From Blastocatellia bacterium (lineage in GTDB: Bacteria > Acidobacteriota > Blastocatellia > UBA7656): a DNA stretch of 64,000 nucleotides. Location: the NCBI GenBank assembly GCA_963765495.1, contig CAVXWP010000008.1, positions 384,001 through 448,000 on the forward strand, given 5' to 3'. A model generated the notes under the pieces. It saw only the letters and a list, made by a program, of their open reading frames with translations, was not told the origin of the DNA and did not search any database. This document shows, piece by piece, positions 32,118 to 40,494 of the stretch. Position 1 is the first letter of the stretch, and the number at the start of each line of letters is the position of its first letter. A program made the position numbers and the translations under genes.

Positions 32118-33865
32118 CCGAGCGCCCCCTCTAATTGATCTTCCAAATTTGCAAAGGCATCGCGGAGTCTGTCGAGCACATTTTGATCGGCAGCCCAGAG
32201 ACCGCGACCCGATGCCTCAAGCAAACGACCTACGAGCGTTCGCGTCGAATGCGGGTTCAGCGTCCGCAATCGTTCGAGCATCGCTTCATCCATCACGTAG
32301 GTTTCGGCCACCCTGTCGTATATCCACCCTTCCACTGCATCTGTTGTCGCCGACCATCCAAATGTGTTTGCCAACTGATGTTCGATTTCAGCCACCCCGC
32401 TAAATCCGTGCTTTAACATCCCTTCATACCACTTCGGGTTTAGAGCCTTGGTCCGCGTCTCAAGCTTGACCGTCTCTTCAAGCGACCTTATTTTCACCCC
32501 CGGCGAAAGCGTGTCTGAAAGGTAGATTCGGGGACGTGCGCCCGCGTGCCGTTCGACCGCTTTTGAGACTCCACCCAGATATTCAAAATAGTGGTCCACA
32601 TCTGTGATCCCCACTTCGGTCGTGTCGATGTTTTGATAGGTAACCTCTACCCTTGAGAGCGCCTTCTCAAGCAGTTGGCGGGCCTGGTTTCCTTCAAAGG
32701 TACGGCCTCTGGAATCGCGCCCATACGCAAAGCATTTGCGAGTTACAAACAGATCGCCCAGTTCCGCGCTGTCTTCCCACTGGCTGTCAAGCACCATGAA
32801 GTTTACGTTGGTGCCATAGTTGCCCGCAGCGTTTGAAAATACCCGAACAACCGCTTCGTCAAATGTGCAATCATTCTCGGCGCGATACTGCTCAACGTGC
32901 AGCTTTACAAAATTCTGATCCGACGGCTCGTCAAGAACGGCCACCCGTCTTACAGCGCGATCAAGCAAAGCCATGGTGGTCCCGAAGAGATCACGGAATA
33001 TTCCCGATACGGTCATCACTATGTCGATGCGGGGCCGTCCCAGTCGCTCAAGAGGGATTATCTCTACATCGGTTGCACGGTTCAGGTTGTCTCGTCGAGG
33101 CTCGACGCCAAGAAGCCAGAGCGCCTGCGCCACCGCTTCGCCCTCGGTCTTGATATTGTCTATTCCCCAGAGCACCATCGCTATAGTTTCAGGAAGCCGC
33201 CCCATCTCGTTTTGCAGGCGTTCCAGAAACGCCCGAGCGATTGGCTCTGCCCTGTGAATCGCGCCTGTCGATGGAACCAGGTAGGGGTTGACAGCATGCG
33301 TGTTGCGGCCCGTAGGCAATATCGAAGGGTTCTGAATTATATCGGCTCCTGGTCCCGGCTCGATGTATTCAGATCTAAGCGCGCGCATAAGCTGGTCTAC
33401 TTCTGAATTCCGTTCGAGATTGGCGCGGATGTCACACAGAACTCTGAAGACTTTCGAGGATTCTTCGGTCAAAACTCCTGCTCTATCCTCAAGATACTCG
33501 ACCGCCTTCTTAGAAGCTCCGTCTCCGGGCTGGGATAGAAAAATCTCAATCGAGTCTTCGAGTAAGGAATCTACTCGTTCTCGCTCCGCCATCCGTGTTT
33601 CCGAGGTGCTGCTCTCTTTTAACAGAGTTGCGTATGGTGGCAGGCTCAGTCCTTCGGCAATCAGGTCTGCCAGGGAACGGAGGCCGAGTTCGGGGCGGTC
33701 AAATGAACTGACCACCTTGAATAAACCGGCGACCTCACGATTGTCGGGAGGAAGGCCAAAGACGTGTAGCCCGGTTGGTATCAACCTCTGCTCGATCTCG
33801 AGCACACGCTCGTAAAGGTCGAGCACGCGGCTGTCTCTTTCATCGCTGCTCAGGTTATCCGCCAT
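32114..33865 (-). CDS. Mg-chelatase H (BchH/ChlH)-like subunit, C-terminal half
   Basis: EIEQRLIPTGLHVFG, PGPGADIIQNPSILPTGRN, ETIAMVLWGIDNIKTEGE, LGRPRID, SGIFRDLF, RVFSNAAGNYG, TDVDHYFEYLG, LNPKWYEGML. Confidence 0.88.
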   Translation of the reverse strand: MADNLSSDERDSRVLDLYERVLEIEQRLIPTGLHVFGLPPDNREVAGLFKVVSSFDRPELGLRSLADLIAEGLSLPPYATLLKESSTSETRMAERERVDSLLEDSIEIFLSQPGDGASKKAVEYLEDRAGVLTEESSKVFRVLCDIRANLERNSEVDQLMRALRSEYIEPGPGADIIQNPSILPTGRNTHAVNPYLVPSTGAIHRAEPIARAFLERLQNEMGRLPETIAMVLWGIDNIKTEGEAVAQALWLLGVEPRRDNLNRATDVEIIPLERLGRPRIDIVMTVSGIFRDLFGTTMALLDRAVRRVAVLDEPSDQNFVKLHVEQYRAENDCTFDEAVVRVFSNAAGNYGTNVNFMVLDSQWEDSAELGDLFVTRKCFAYGRDSRGRTFEGNQARQLLEKALSRVEVTYQNIDTTEVGITDVDHYFEYLGGVSKAVERHAGARPRIYLSDTLSPGVKIRSLEETVKLETRTKALNPKWYEGMLKHGFSGVAEIEHQLANTFGWSATTDAVEGWIYDRVAETYVMDEAMLERLRTLNPHSTRTLVGRLLEASGRGLWAADQNVLDRLRDAFANLEDQLEGALG

Positions 33866-33873
33866 TTCTAATT

Positions 33874-35820
33874 TCAGCCCCCTGATTCTCCTCTCACTTG
33901 TTTCACTCGGAGGGCTTTGGCCTCACTTGAGACAGCCTCATATATCGAGGCCGCGTCGGGTCGAGTGAGATAGATGTAGCGTGCTCCGATCAAATTGGCA
34001 AGCGCGCGAGCTTCGCCAACTGATGTGTATTTCGAGCGCGTGTCTACTACTACGCGATCAATCCCTTCCCTGGCCAAAAGAGCGCCGGTCTGTTTCAGTT
34101 CTTCGTTGATTGTTTCTTTCCGCTCGGCCATCGCCTCTACCGCGCTTTCTCGAAATAGAGTATTAGCCCGGCCATCGGTAAACAATACCAGCATAGCCTG
34201 TGCCTTATCCTGTGCTCGCGCAACCCTCGCTATATCAATTGCTCGCGCGAGCGCCGCCGCAATCGGTGTAGCGCCCCCGGATGGTATAGCATCGACCAGC
34301 CGTTTGGCCAGTTCCACGCTCCGGGTGGGAGGAAGCAGGACATCTGCCCTCTTGCCCCTGAAGCTTATCAGAGCGACGCGGTCGCGATGCAGATAGGCCG
34401 ACTGCAATAATCTCGTCAACGCCCCTTTAGCCTGCGCCATTCGGTTTGCAGCCATGCTGCCGCTTGCGTCTACCGCGAAGATAAAGAGCAAACCCGATTT
34501 TCGTTTGAACTGTTTGTATCGCAAATCATCGGTTGTCACCTTCAGGCGGGGGTTGTCTGTATTTTGGCCCGAAGCCGAGCGCCCGGCCCGCGCGGCCCGC
34601 TCCAATTGAAACGGAGCCGAGGCTCTTATAGTAGCGTCAACGGCTATACAACTAGCGCGATCAGATTTTTCAGTGCTCCTAACGTAGCGGCCTCTGTTCG
34701 AACTCCGTGACAGAGAGCGTTTCCCGGCAGCGGCTCGGTTATTACGCTTTTGATCGAACGGCAGAAAGTCATCCGGCAAGCGGGAATCCAGAGCCTGAAT
34801 TATCAATTCTCCGGCGGGTGATGGGCAGTTATTGGTCGAGGTGTCATCAGTGGCTTGTCCATCATCAACCGTTTTTTCCGGATCATCAGCAGGCGTGTCT
34901 GAACCTTGCTCTTCGGGTGCAGGAATAAGAGTGGCGCGAGGCAATAGCGTCGTCTCGATTGCAAATATGAGATCTTTTTCGGTTAGATGTAGTCGCCTTT
35001 CGTAAGCGGCGTTTGCTCTGGCCGCACATAGAGCAAAGAGGTCGGCTTGATTCCCTTCTACCCCGAGCATCACAGCGGCCTCACTGAGTTGCCTGATCTC
35101 ATCAATGGTAATTTCAACTCTCGGCAGCCATTCTCTTGCCTCTTCTATAGTCCAATTCATTTCCGCTGTATCAAGCTCGTAATCTTCAATAAATGAGCCG
35201 GGATCGTCCCGAAACTGAGTAGCTCGATTCATTATTTCCAAACGCGCTTCAATTGATCCGGCAGACTCGGCATCAATCAAAAGCCCGACGCGCTCTCGCA
35301 GCAATCGCGCCGGCTCACCCTCATCGCGGTCATAGGTTCCAATAAATAAGAAATTGGCCGGAAATGTCTTGCTCAACCCTTCACGCTCGGTGCGGAGACG
35401 GCCCGATTCGAGCGCCGATGCAAGATGACACACAATGATCGCATCAATCAGATTTACGTGATTGGCGAAGAGGAGTCCGCCGTCTGCCTGTGTCAGGAGA
35501 CCGGACAGAAATTTACGCTCTCCCGCGACAAGAGTCCGGCTAAAGTCTATCCCCCCGATCAAACGGTCTTCTGTGGAATTAATCGGAAGCTCTAGGAAGG
35601 GGGCAACGAATCTACGGAGCCCTCGGATCAACGTGCTCTTGCCCGTCCCGGGGCCGGATTGAATAAGCGCCCCCTTTAAACGGGGCTCGATCAGTGGCAA
35701 CAGGATTGCCCGCTTTAACAGGTCGAGACCTACAATTGCCGCGAAAGGGTAATCCGACGGCACACGATGTCTTTCCATTCTCGAACCTGAATCACCAGAT
35801 GGGTCAGAGTTTACCAACAA
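33874..35820 (-). CDS. Chelatase medium subunit ChlD/BchD (degenerate AAA+ - acidic linker - vWA)
   Basis: YPFAAIVG, GPGTGKS, TEDRLIGG, degenerate Walker B (FANHVN), acidic/Pro linker, IAVDATIRA, MIDAS VDASGSM, GGATP, LFTDGRAN. Confidence 0.88.
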   Translation of the reverse strand: MLVNSDPSGDSGSRMERHRVPSDYPFAAIVGLDLLKRAILLPLIEPRLKGALIQSGPGTGKSTLIRGLRRFVAPFLELPINSTEDRLIGGIDFSRTLVAGERKFLSGLLTQADGGLLFANHVNLIDAIIVCHLASALESGRLRTEREGLSKTFPANFLFIGTYDRDEGEPARLLRERVGLLIDAESAGSIEARLEIMNRATQFRDDPGSFIEDYELDTAEMNWTIEEAREWLPRVEITIDEIRQLSEAAVMLGVEGNQADLFALCAARANAAYERRLHLTEKDLIFAIETTLLPRATLIPAPEEQGSDTPADDPEKTVDDGQATDDTSTNNCPSPAGELIIQALDSRLPDDFLPFDQKRNNRAAAGKRSLSRSSNRGRYVRSTEKSDRASCIAVDATIRASAPFQLERAARAGRSASGQNTDNPRLKVTTDDLRYKQFKRKSGLLFIFAVDASGSMAANRMAQAKGALTRLLQSAYLHRDRVALISFRGKRADVLLPPTRSVELAKRLVDAIPSGGATPIAAALARAIDIARVARAQDKAQAMLVLFTDGRANTLFRESAVEAMAERKETINEELKQTGALLAREGIDRVVVDTRSKYTSVGEARALANLIGARYIYLTRPDAASIYEAVSSEAKALRVKQVRGESGG

Positions 35821-35868
35821 CCTGTTACTCCTGTTCGCTGTTCAAAAAAAAGAGATGGATAAAGCCCC

Positions 35869-36993
35869 TCACCGAAAAGAGACGACGCGAGCACCTGAAA
35901 CCGAAGCCGGGAAAATCTCATCCAAAACCTGTTGAATCCTGACGCCTGAATCAATCCGCTCAAGTGGGTCTTTTCGCAACCTGTGCTGCAATGACATTAC
36001 AGCCACTCTCTTTACATCCGAAGCAACCGCATCCTCTCTGCCCTCGAAGGCAGCAAGCGCCCGCGCGGTTCGCGCTATAGTCAATTCTCCGCGATGCCCG
36101 TCAATCTCGAGTGCCAGACACAGCCGGGCGATTGATTTAAGCAATGCCTGCTCAAGCCTGACTTTGTAATGCGTTTTTTTGGCGCGGACCAGTCGCCTTC
36201 GCAGACGGTTTTGCTCTGCCCTTTGCTCTGCTATAAACGCTTCCGGGTTGCGCTCGAAAGACTCTCTTCGTCTCACGATTTCAACGCGCTCGTCAAGATC
36301 AGTGATCGTTTTGATCTCTGTAAACAATCCGAAGCGGTCAAGCAACTGAGGTCTCAATTCCCCCTCTTCGGGATTACCTGAGCCTACAAGCACAAACCTC
36401 GCAGGATGGGTGATCGATATGCCCTCGCGCTCGACAACATTCCGGCCACTCGCCGCCGAATCGAGCAGGATGTCTACGAGGTGGTCGTCAAGCAGGTTTA
36501 CTTCATCAATGTAAAGAAAGCCCCGGTTAGCGCGGGCCAGCAACCCCGGCTCGAAAGCCTTCACCCCTTCAACCAGGGCGCGTTCTATGTCGAGCGATCC
36601 GCAAACGCGATCCTCGGTAGCTCCAAGCGGCAGATCGACTACCGGCACCTCGCCTCGTTCAACAGGGAGCCTGGATTTCTTTTTTAATCTGTCGGCACAA
36701 GCCAGGCAGAGTTCGCCGATTCGTTCGGGATCGCACCCAAATACGCACCCTCTCACTTTGCTGATCCCGGGGAGGAGGTCTGCAAGACCGCGCACCGCCG
36801 TAGACTTGCCCGTCCCGCGATGACCCATAATGATCACACCACCGATGTGAGGATCGATTATGGTCAATAGAAGCGCAAGCTTCATCTCTTCCTGGCCCAC
36901 AAGAGCGGTGAAAGGGTATACCGGGCGGTCGCCCGTACTGCTACGCTTCGATGTGCTGGAAACCGGAGGTTGACTCCCCGAAACTTTTCGCAT
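35869..36993 (-). CDS. bchI: Chelatase small ATPase subunit ChlI/BchI
   Basis: YPFTALVGQEEMKLAL, GHRGTGKST, LPLGATEDRVCG, FEPGLLARANRG, YIDEVNLL, GNPEEGELRPQLLDRFG. Confidence 0.92.
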   Translation of the reverse strand: MRKVSGSQPPVSSTSKRSSTGDRPVYPFTALVGQEEMKLALLLTIIDPHIGGVIIMGHRGTGKSTAVRGLADLLPGISKVRGCVFGCDPERIGELCLACADRLKKKSRLPVERGEVPVVDLPLGATEDRVCGSLDIERALVEGVKAFEPGLLARANRGFLYIDEVNLLDDHLVDILLDSAASGRNVVEREGISITHPARFVLVGSGNPEEGELRPQLLDRFGLFTEIKTITDLDERVEIVRRRESFERNPEAFIAEQRAEQNRLRRRLVRAKKTHYKVRLEQALLKSIARLCLALEIDGHRGELTIARTARALAAFEGREDAVASDVKRVAVMSLQHRLRKDPLERIDSGVRIQQVLDEIFPASVSGARVVSFR

Positions 36994-37042
36994 CCCTAAT
37001 CCTTACAGTCACAATAAATAGACCCGGCACGGGCCTGGAAGC

Positions 37043-37072
37043 AATATAAGGATTGTGGTTTCACAGAGTCAA
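37043..37072 (-). promoter_or_regulatory. Putative sigma70 promoter of the chelatase operon
   Basis: TTGACT-18 bp-TATATT on the minus strand, 49 bp upstream of the chlI/bchI ATG. Confidence 0.5.
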
Positions 37073-37151
37073 CCTGAACCGGATGTGAAGACGTGGGATC
37101 ATCTGGGAATTCAGAAATAGTTACAATCAATTTCAAAATTGGAAGAGAGGA

Positions 37152-37240
37152 AATAGGCCGCGGATGACGCGGATGGGGCGGATTTTCGCGGATTTGATAA
37201 TATCGGTTCAGATCCGCCTAGATCCGCCGCACCAACGGCC
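37152..37240. repeat. CGGAT-periodic REP-like element, copy 1
   Basis: CGGAT at 9-10 nt period followed by ATCCG units; first 32 nt match 44400-44431 with 5 mismatches. Confidence 0.7.
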
Positions 37241-37269
37241 GGGACGGCCAATTCTTGGGTGCGGTTCAT

Positions 37270-37824
37270 TCAATTCGCTACGGTTAAAGGGTCTCCGGTC
37301 TGGTGGTCCTGAATCTGGAATTTCAGGAAATCGTGGATTGCGCTTAAGGCCTCCGAATTCGATGTCGAGATCCGCACGCGCCCGCCTCTTTCTGTCTCTT
37401 CGAATGTATATGCGATTTCTGATGCGAGCCGCTTCATCGTAGGAACACCGGGCGGAACCTGTGAATGGATAAGCATGGGCATTTCGAAATCGCCTTTGGC
37501 AAAGGCTCGCGCGATTATAGCCAGATGCTCTCTGATCTGATCGCGGGTCGTTGTGTCATTTGAATCGTTGGTTTCGACCTGTATATAGCCTCCGTCTCCG
37601 GTCATGCGGAAGTGATGCGTTGCGGCTTCCTGAGAAAACCCCATCACGTGATCTCCTCTCTTATTCACCTCCGACAGATGATTATGATCACCCCCTGTAG
37701 CCTCTTTCTCCTTCTCCATGTGCTGCTTATGCATCGGACAGGTAGCGGCTTTCTCCTGAGCGACACCCACAGTCCCACAGGCAACCAGCAGAACGATAAC
37801 CTGTATTGCCAATCGGTTTCTCAT
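37270..37824 (-). CDS. Exported His/Met-rich hypothetical protein (putative metal-binding)
   Basis: Signal-peptide-like N-terminus, CPMHKQHM, DHNH, MGFSQEAATHHF, IREHL, LIHS, AIHDFL.FQI.DH. Confidence 0.75.
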   Translation of the reverse strand: MRNRLAIQVIVLLVACGTVGVAQEKAATCPMHKQHMEKEKEATGGDHNHLSEVNKRGDHVMGFSQEAATHHFRMTGDGGYIQVETNDSNDTTTRDQIREHLAIIARAFAKGDFEMPMLIHSQVPPGVPTMKRLASEIAYTFEETERGGRVRISTSNSEALSAIHDFLKFQIQDHQTGDPLTVAN

Positions 37825-38321
37825 TTCCTTTTACCTCTTTTCTGATTTAATCCATGCGATGCAAGCGAAGGACGCGCGCTTTTTGTACCCGGTTCGTTTG
37901 ATGCAAGGGCTTCCAACAGCCCGGCTCTTGTATCAGGCGGCGTATCCGAAAGTCTCTGCTGCCAGTCCGCAAGAAGACCGTGCAACTCATTCCTGAAATC
38001 GGAAAGCTCTTTTAGCCTCTCTTCAATCTCTTGAAGTTTGGTCTGAGCCAGTGAAAAGACATTCCGGCAGGGTGCGTCTCCACGGTCCCGAACTTTGAGG
38101 ATTTGCGAAAGCTCCTCTAGCGTAAAGCCGATTGCAATCGCTCGCCTGACGAGCCGGACGCGTTCGAGAGTTTCGGGCGGATACTCCCTGTACCCGTTCC
38201 TTGATCGGTGGGGCGCGGGAAGAACTCCTTTACGTTCATAGTGGCGCAAGGTATCCGTGCTCACGCCAGCCAGCCGTGCCAGTTCACCTGATCTCAGTTT
38301 TCCGTTAAGCGATCTGTCCAT
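37821..38321 (-). CDS. MerR-family transcriptional regulator
   Basis: SGELARLAGVSTDTLRHYERKG, NGYREY, GFTLEE, APC; start moved to ATG 38321, downstream of the promoter. Confidence 0.92.
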   Translation of the reverse strand: MDRSLNGKLRSGELARLAGVSTDTLRHYERKGVLPAPHRSRNGYREYPPETLERVRLVRRAIAIGFTLEELSQILKVRDRGDAPCRNVFSLAQTKLQEIEERLKELSDFRNELHGLLADWQQRLSDTPPDTRAGLLEALASNEPGTKSARPSLASHGLNQKRGKRK

Positions 38322-38333
38322 ACTTGCAGACGG

Positions 38334-38365
38334 ATTATAAACCCCGGAACGAATTCCAGGGTCAA
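38334..38365 (-). promoter_or_regulatory. MerR-type long-spacer promoter with operator dyad
   Basis: TTGACC-20 bp-TATAAT with dyad ACCCTGGAA-TTCG-TTCCGGGGT; A8 tract just upstream of the -35. Confidence 0.85.
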
Positions 38366-38444
38366 GCACTTTTTTTTGAGCAAAGCTCCGAGACTCTTAC
38401 GAACGGGTGGTATGAGTGGTCAGCCTGCTCGCGTTCCCACTCGA

Positions 38445-40214
38445 TCAGTGCTTGATGTCAAATTCGGGCATTGAAAGAACTCCGCGACTCGAACCGCCTT
38501 CAAGCATTCTGACCTTGCGAGCCGCCGGTTGAACGATTTCGATGGCGCGAATCAGGGCTTCATCCATCCCTTTTCGCTGACTGTTGTCGGGCTCTCCGCC
38601 AAAAAGAACATCGAATGTGCTCTTCTTGGATGGAAAAACCTGTATACGCACATCCTCGCCTTCATCTATCTGAGCCGCCGATTTTGCCAGCCTCAATGCG
38701 GTGGGGAACCCGCCGAGTTCGTCTACGAGGCCGAGTTTCTTCGCGTCTTCCCCGGACCAGATTCGACCCCTGGCTATCTCAAGGACTCTTTCCTTTGGCA
38801 GCTTTCGACCCTCGGCTACCTTGTCAGTGAAATCGGTGTAAACCCTGTCGAGCCCTGCCTCGAAGCGCGCCCACTCTTCCGGTGAATAATCCTGTGTTCC
38901 GCTCCACATCGTAGCGTTTGCTCCCGTATGAACCTCATCCCAGGAAATCCCGACCTTGTCCCATAAACCCGTTGTGATCAGCTTTCCGCCAAGCACTCCG
39001 ATAGATGCCGTGATAGTACCCGGTTGAGCGACGATCTTGTCGGCGGCCATCGCTACGAAATAGCCTCCCGACCCTGCGAGATCACCCATCGTTACGATCA
39101 CAGGTTTGCCCGCCTCCTTCGCCCTGATGGTCTCGCGCCAGATCGCATCCGATGCCACGTAAGAGCCTCCGGGGCTGTCTACGCGAAAGATTATCGCCTT
39201 TACATCTTTGTCATCGATGGCGGCGCGGAAAGCCGCCGCGACCGTATCCGACCCCATCGAGACATCTCCGAAAACCGGGTCATAACCGCTTTCGCCGCGC
39301 TGGACTGCGCCTACGCCGTAGATCAGGGCAATGGTCTTTCCGCTCGAATGCGGGCGACCGGCGCGTTCGAGATACTTATCAAGAAAGAGAAACTCCGCCG
39401 AATCACCTGCCTGCTGTTTTGCATCTTTGTAGACCTCGTCACGGTAAGCGAGGCCGTCAACCAGCCCCGCGTCCACGGCTTCCTTCCCGAGAAACGGCCC
39501 CTTGTCTACGAGAGCGCGAACCTGTTCCTCCGACATATTGCGCGCCCCGGCAATATCGCGCGTCATCTGAGAAAACCATGAGTTCATAATCGCTTCCATC
39601 TCTTCTTTGTGGGGCGGAAGATATTTCTTCTCCGTATACTGGTACATCGCGGCCTTATATTCCTTCCGATTATCCATGTGCGGGGTGACGCCAAGTTTAT
39701 CGAGAGCCCCGCGAAGGAAAAAGCTCTCCATTATTACTCCGGTCAACCCTATGTCGCCCGACGGTTGCAGGTAGACCTTATCAAAGGCGGTTGCAAGATA
39801 ATAAGAGCTTCCACCCGGCCCGGCCTCGCCAAAGGTTTCGGCGAATGCGATGGCAAATTTGTTCTTGGCTCGAAAGCTCGCAACAGCATCCCGGAGTTCC
39901 TGCACCTGCGCCATCCCCATTGTCGAAGAGCCCAAACGCGCTACGAGGCCCGCCACTCTTGCGTCGTTCCCTGCCCTTTCGAGAGCGTCAACAATGTCTC
40001 TGACTGTAGGCCGCCCGCCCATAACCGCCTTCGCAACCGAGTTGTCAGGGACATCTTCGGCCAGCTCGGTTTCAAGATTTACCTCAAGGACTGTCTTGCC
40101 GGGAACGCCCGGTTTTGAAAGCCACACAACAAAGAGGAAACCAAGAGCTATCACCGACACCAATACGGCAAGCGCCCCGATCACAGCCAGCAACCGCACA
40201 ATGAACCTTCGCAT
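38445..40214 (-). CDS. sppA: Signal peptide peptidase SppA (67K type)
   Basis: Two S49 domains; KEYKAA, RVDSPGGS, LAGSGGY, GRIWSG, GLVDELGG. Confidence 0.93.
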   Translation of the reverse strand: MRRFIVRLLAVIGALAVLVSVIALGFLFVVWLSKPGVPGKTVLEVNLETELAEDVPDNSVAKAVMGGRPTVRDIVDALERAGNDARVAGLVARLGSSTMGMAQVQELRDAVASFRAKNKFAIAFAETFGEAGPGGSSYYLATAFDKVYLQPSGDIGLTGVIMESFFLRGALDKLGVTPHMDNRKEYKAAMYQYTEKKYLPPHKEEMEAIMNSWFSQMTRDIAGARNMSEEQVRALVDKGPFLGKEAVDAGLVDGLAYRDEVYKDAKQQAGDSAEFLFLDKYLERAGRPHSSGKTIALIYGVGAVQRGESGYDPVFGDVSMGSDTVAAAFRAAIDDKDVKAIIFRVDSPGGSYVASDAIWRETIRAKEAGKPVIVTMGDLAGSGGYFVAMAADKIVAQPGTITASIGVLGGKLITTGLWDKVGISWDEVHTGANATMWSGTQDYSPEEWARFEAGLDRVYTDFTDKVAEGRKLPKERVLEIARGRIWSGEDAKKLGLVDELGGFPTALRLAKSAAQIDEGEDVRIQVFPSKKSTFDVLFGGEPDNSQRKGMDEALIRAIEIVQPAARKVRMLEGGSSRGVLSMPEFDIKH

Positions 40215-40494
40215 GATAAATCCCTCCATAAAGAATGGTTTGAGTTACAAGAACTTCTTCGAATGATACCAATACCTCGCTCGCGATTGAAATGCTATTG
40301 CCCCGCAGCCCTCTAAATGGCCCTGCTATTTGGTCTCATGTCTTTCAAGGGCTTTCGACAACAGCGCTCGACGGGGTATATTATTTTTCTTTAAGACTTA
40401 TCAAAAGAGATGGATTTGCCTGATAAACGGGAAGGCAAGAAATACTTGTAAGTCCTGCGGCATCGTGTAAGTCCTCTCATAAGAGGAGGCGTGA

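Noticed and set aside
34872-34877. A6 run in the chlD linker as a programmed frameshift producing a ChlI-like short product
   Set aside because: A -1 stop follows, but the codon phase (GAA AAA ACG) is not a good slippery heptamer, this AAA domain has a dead Walker B, and a separate chlI gene exists.
36994-37150. Cobalamin riboswitch or PpsR/CrtJ site upstream of the chelatase
   Set aside because: No B12-box recognised; the TGTG-AAAC-CACA palindrome does not have TGT-N12-ACA spacing.
38370-38388. Rho-independent terminator after sppA
   Set aside because: The hairpin is only 4 bp and is followed by an A-tract on the coding strand; better read as an UP-like element of the MerR promoter.
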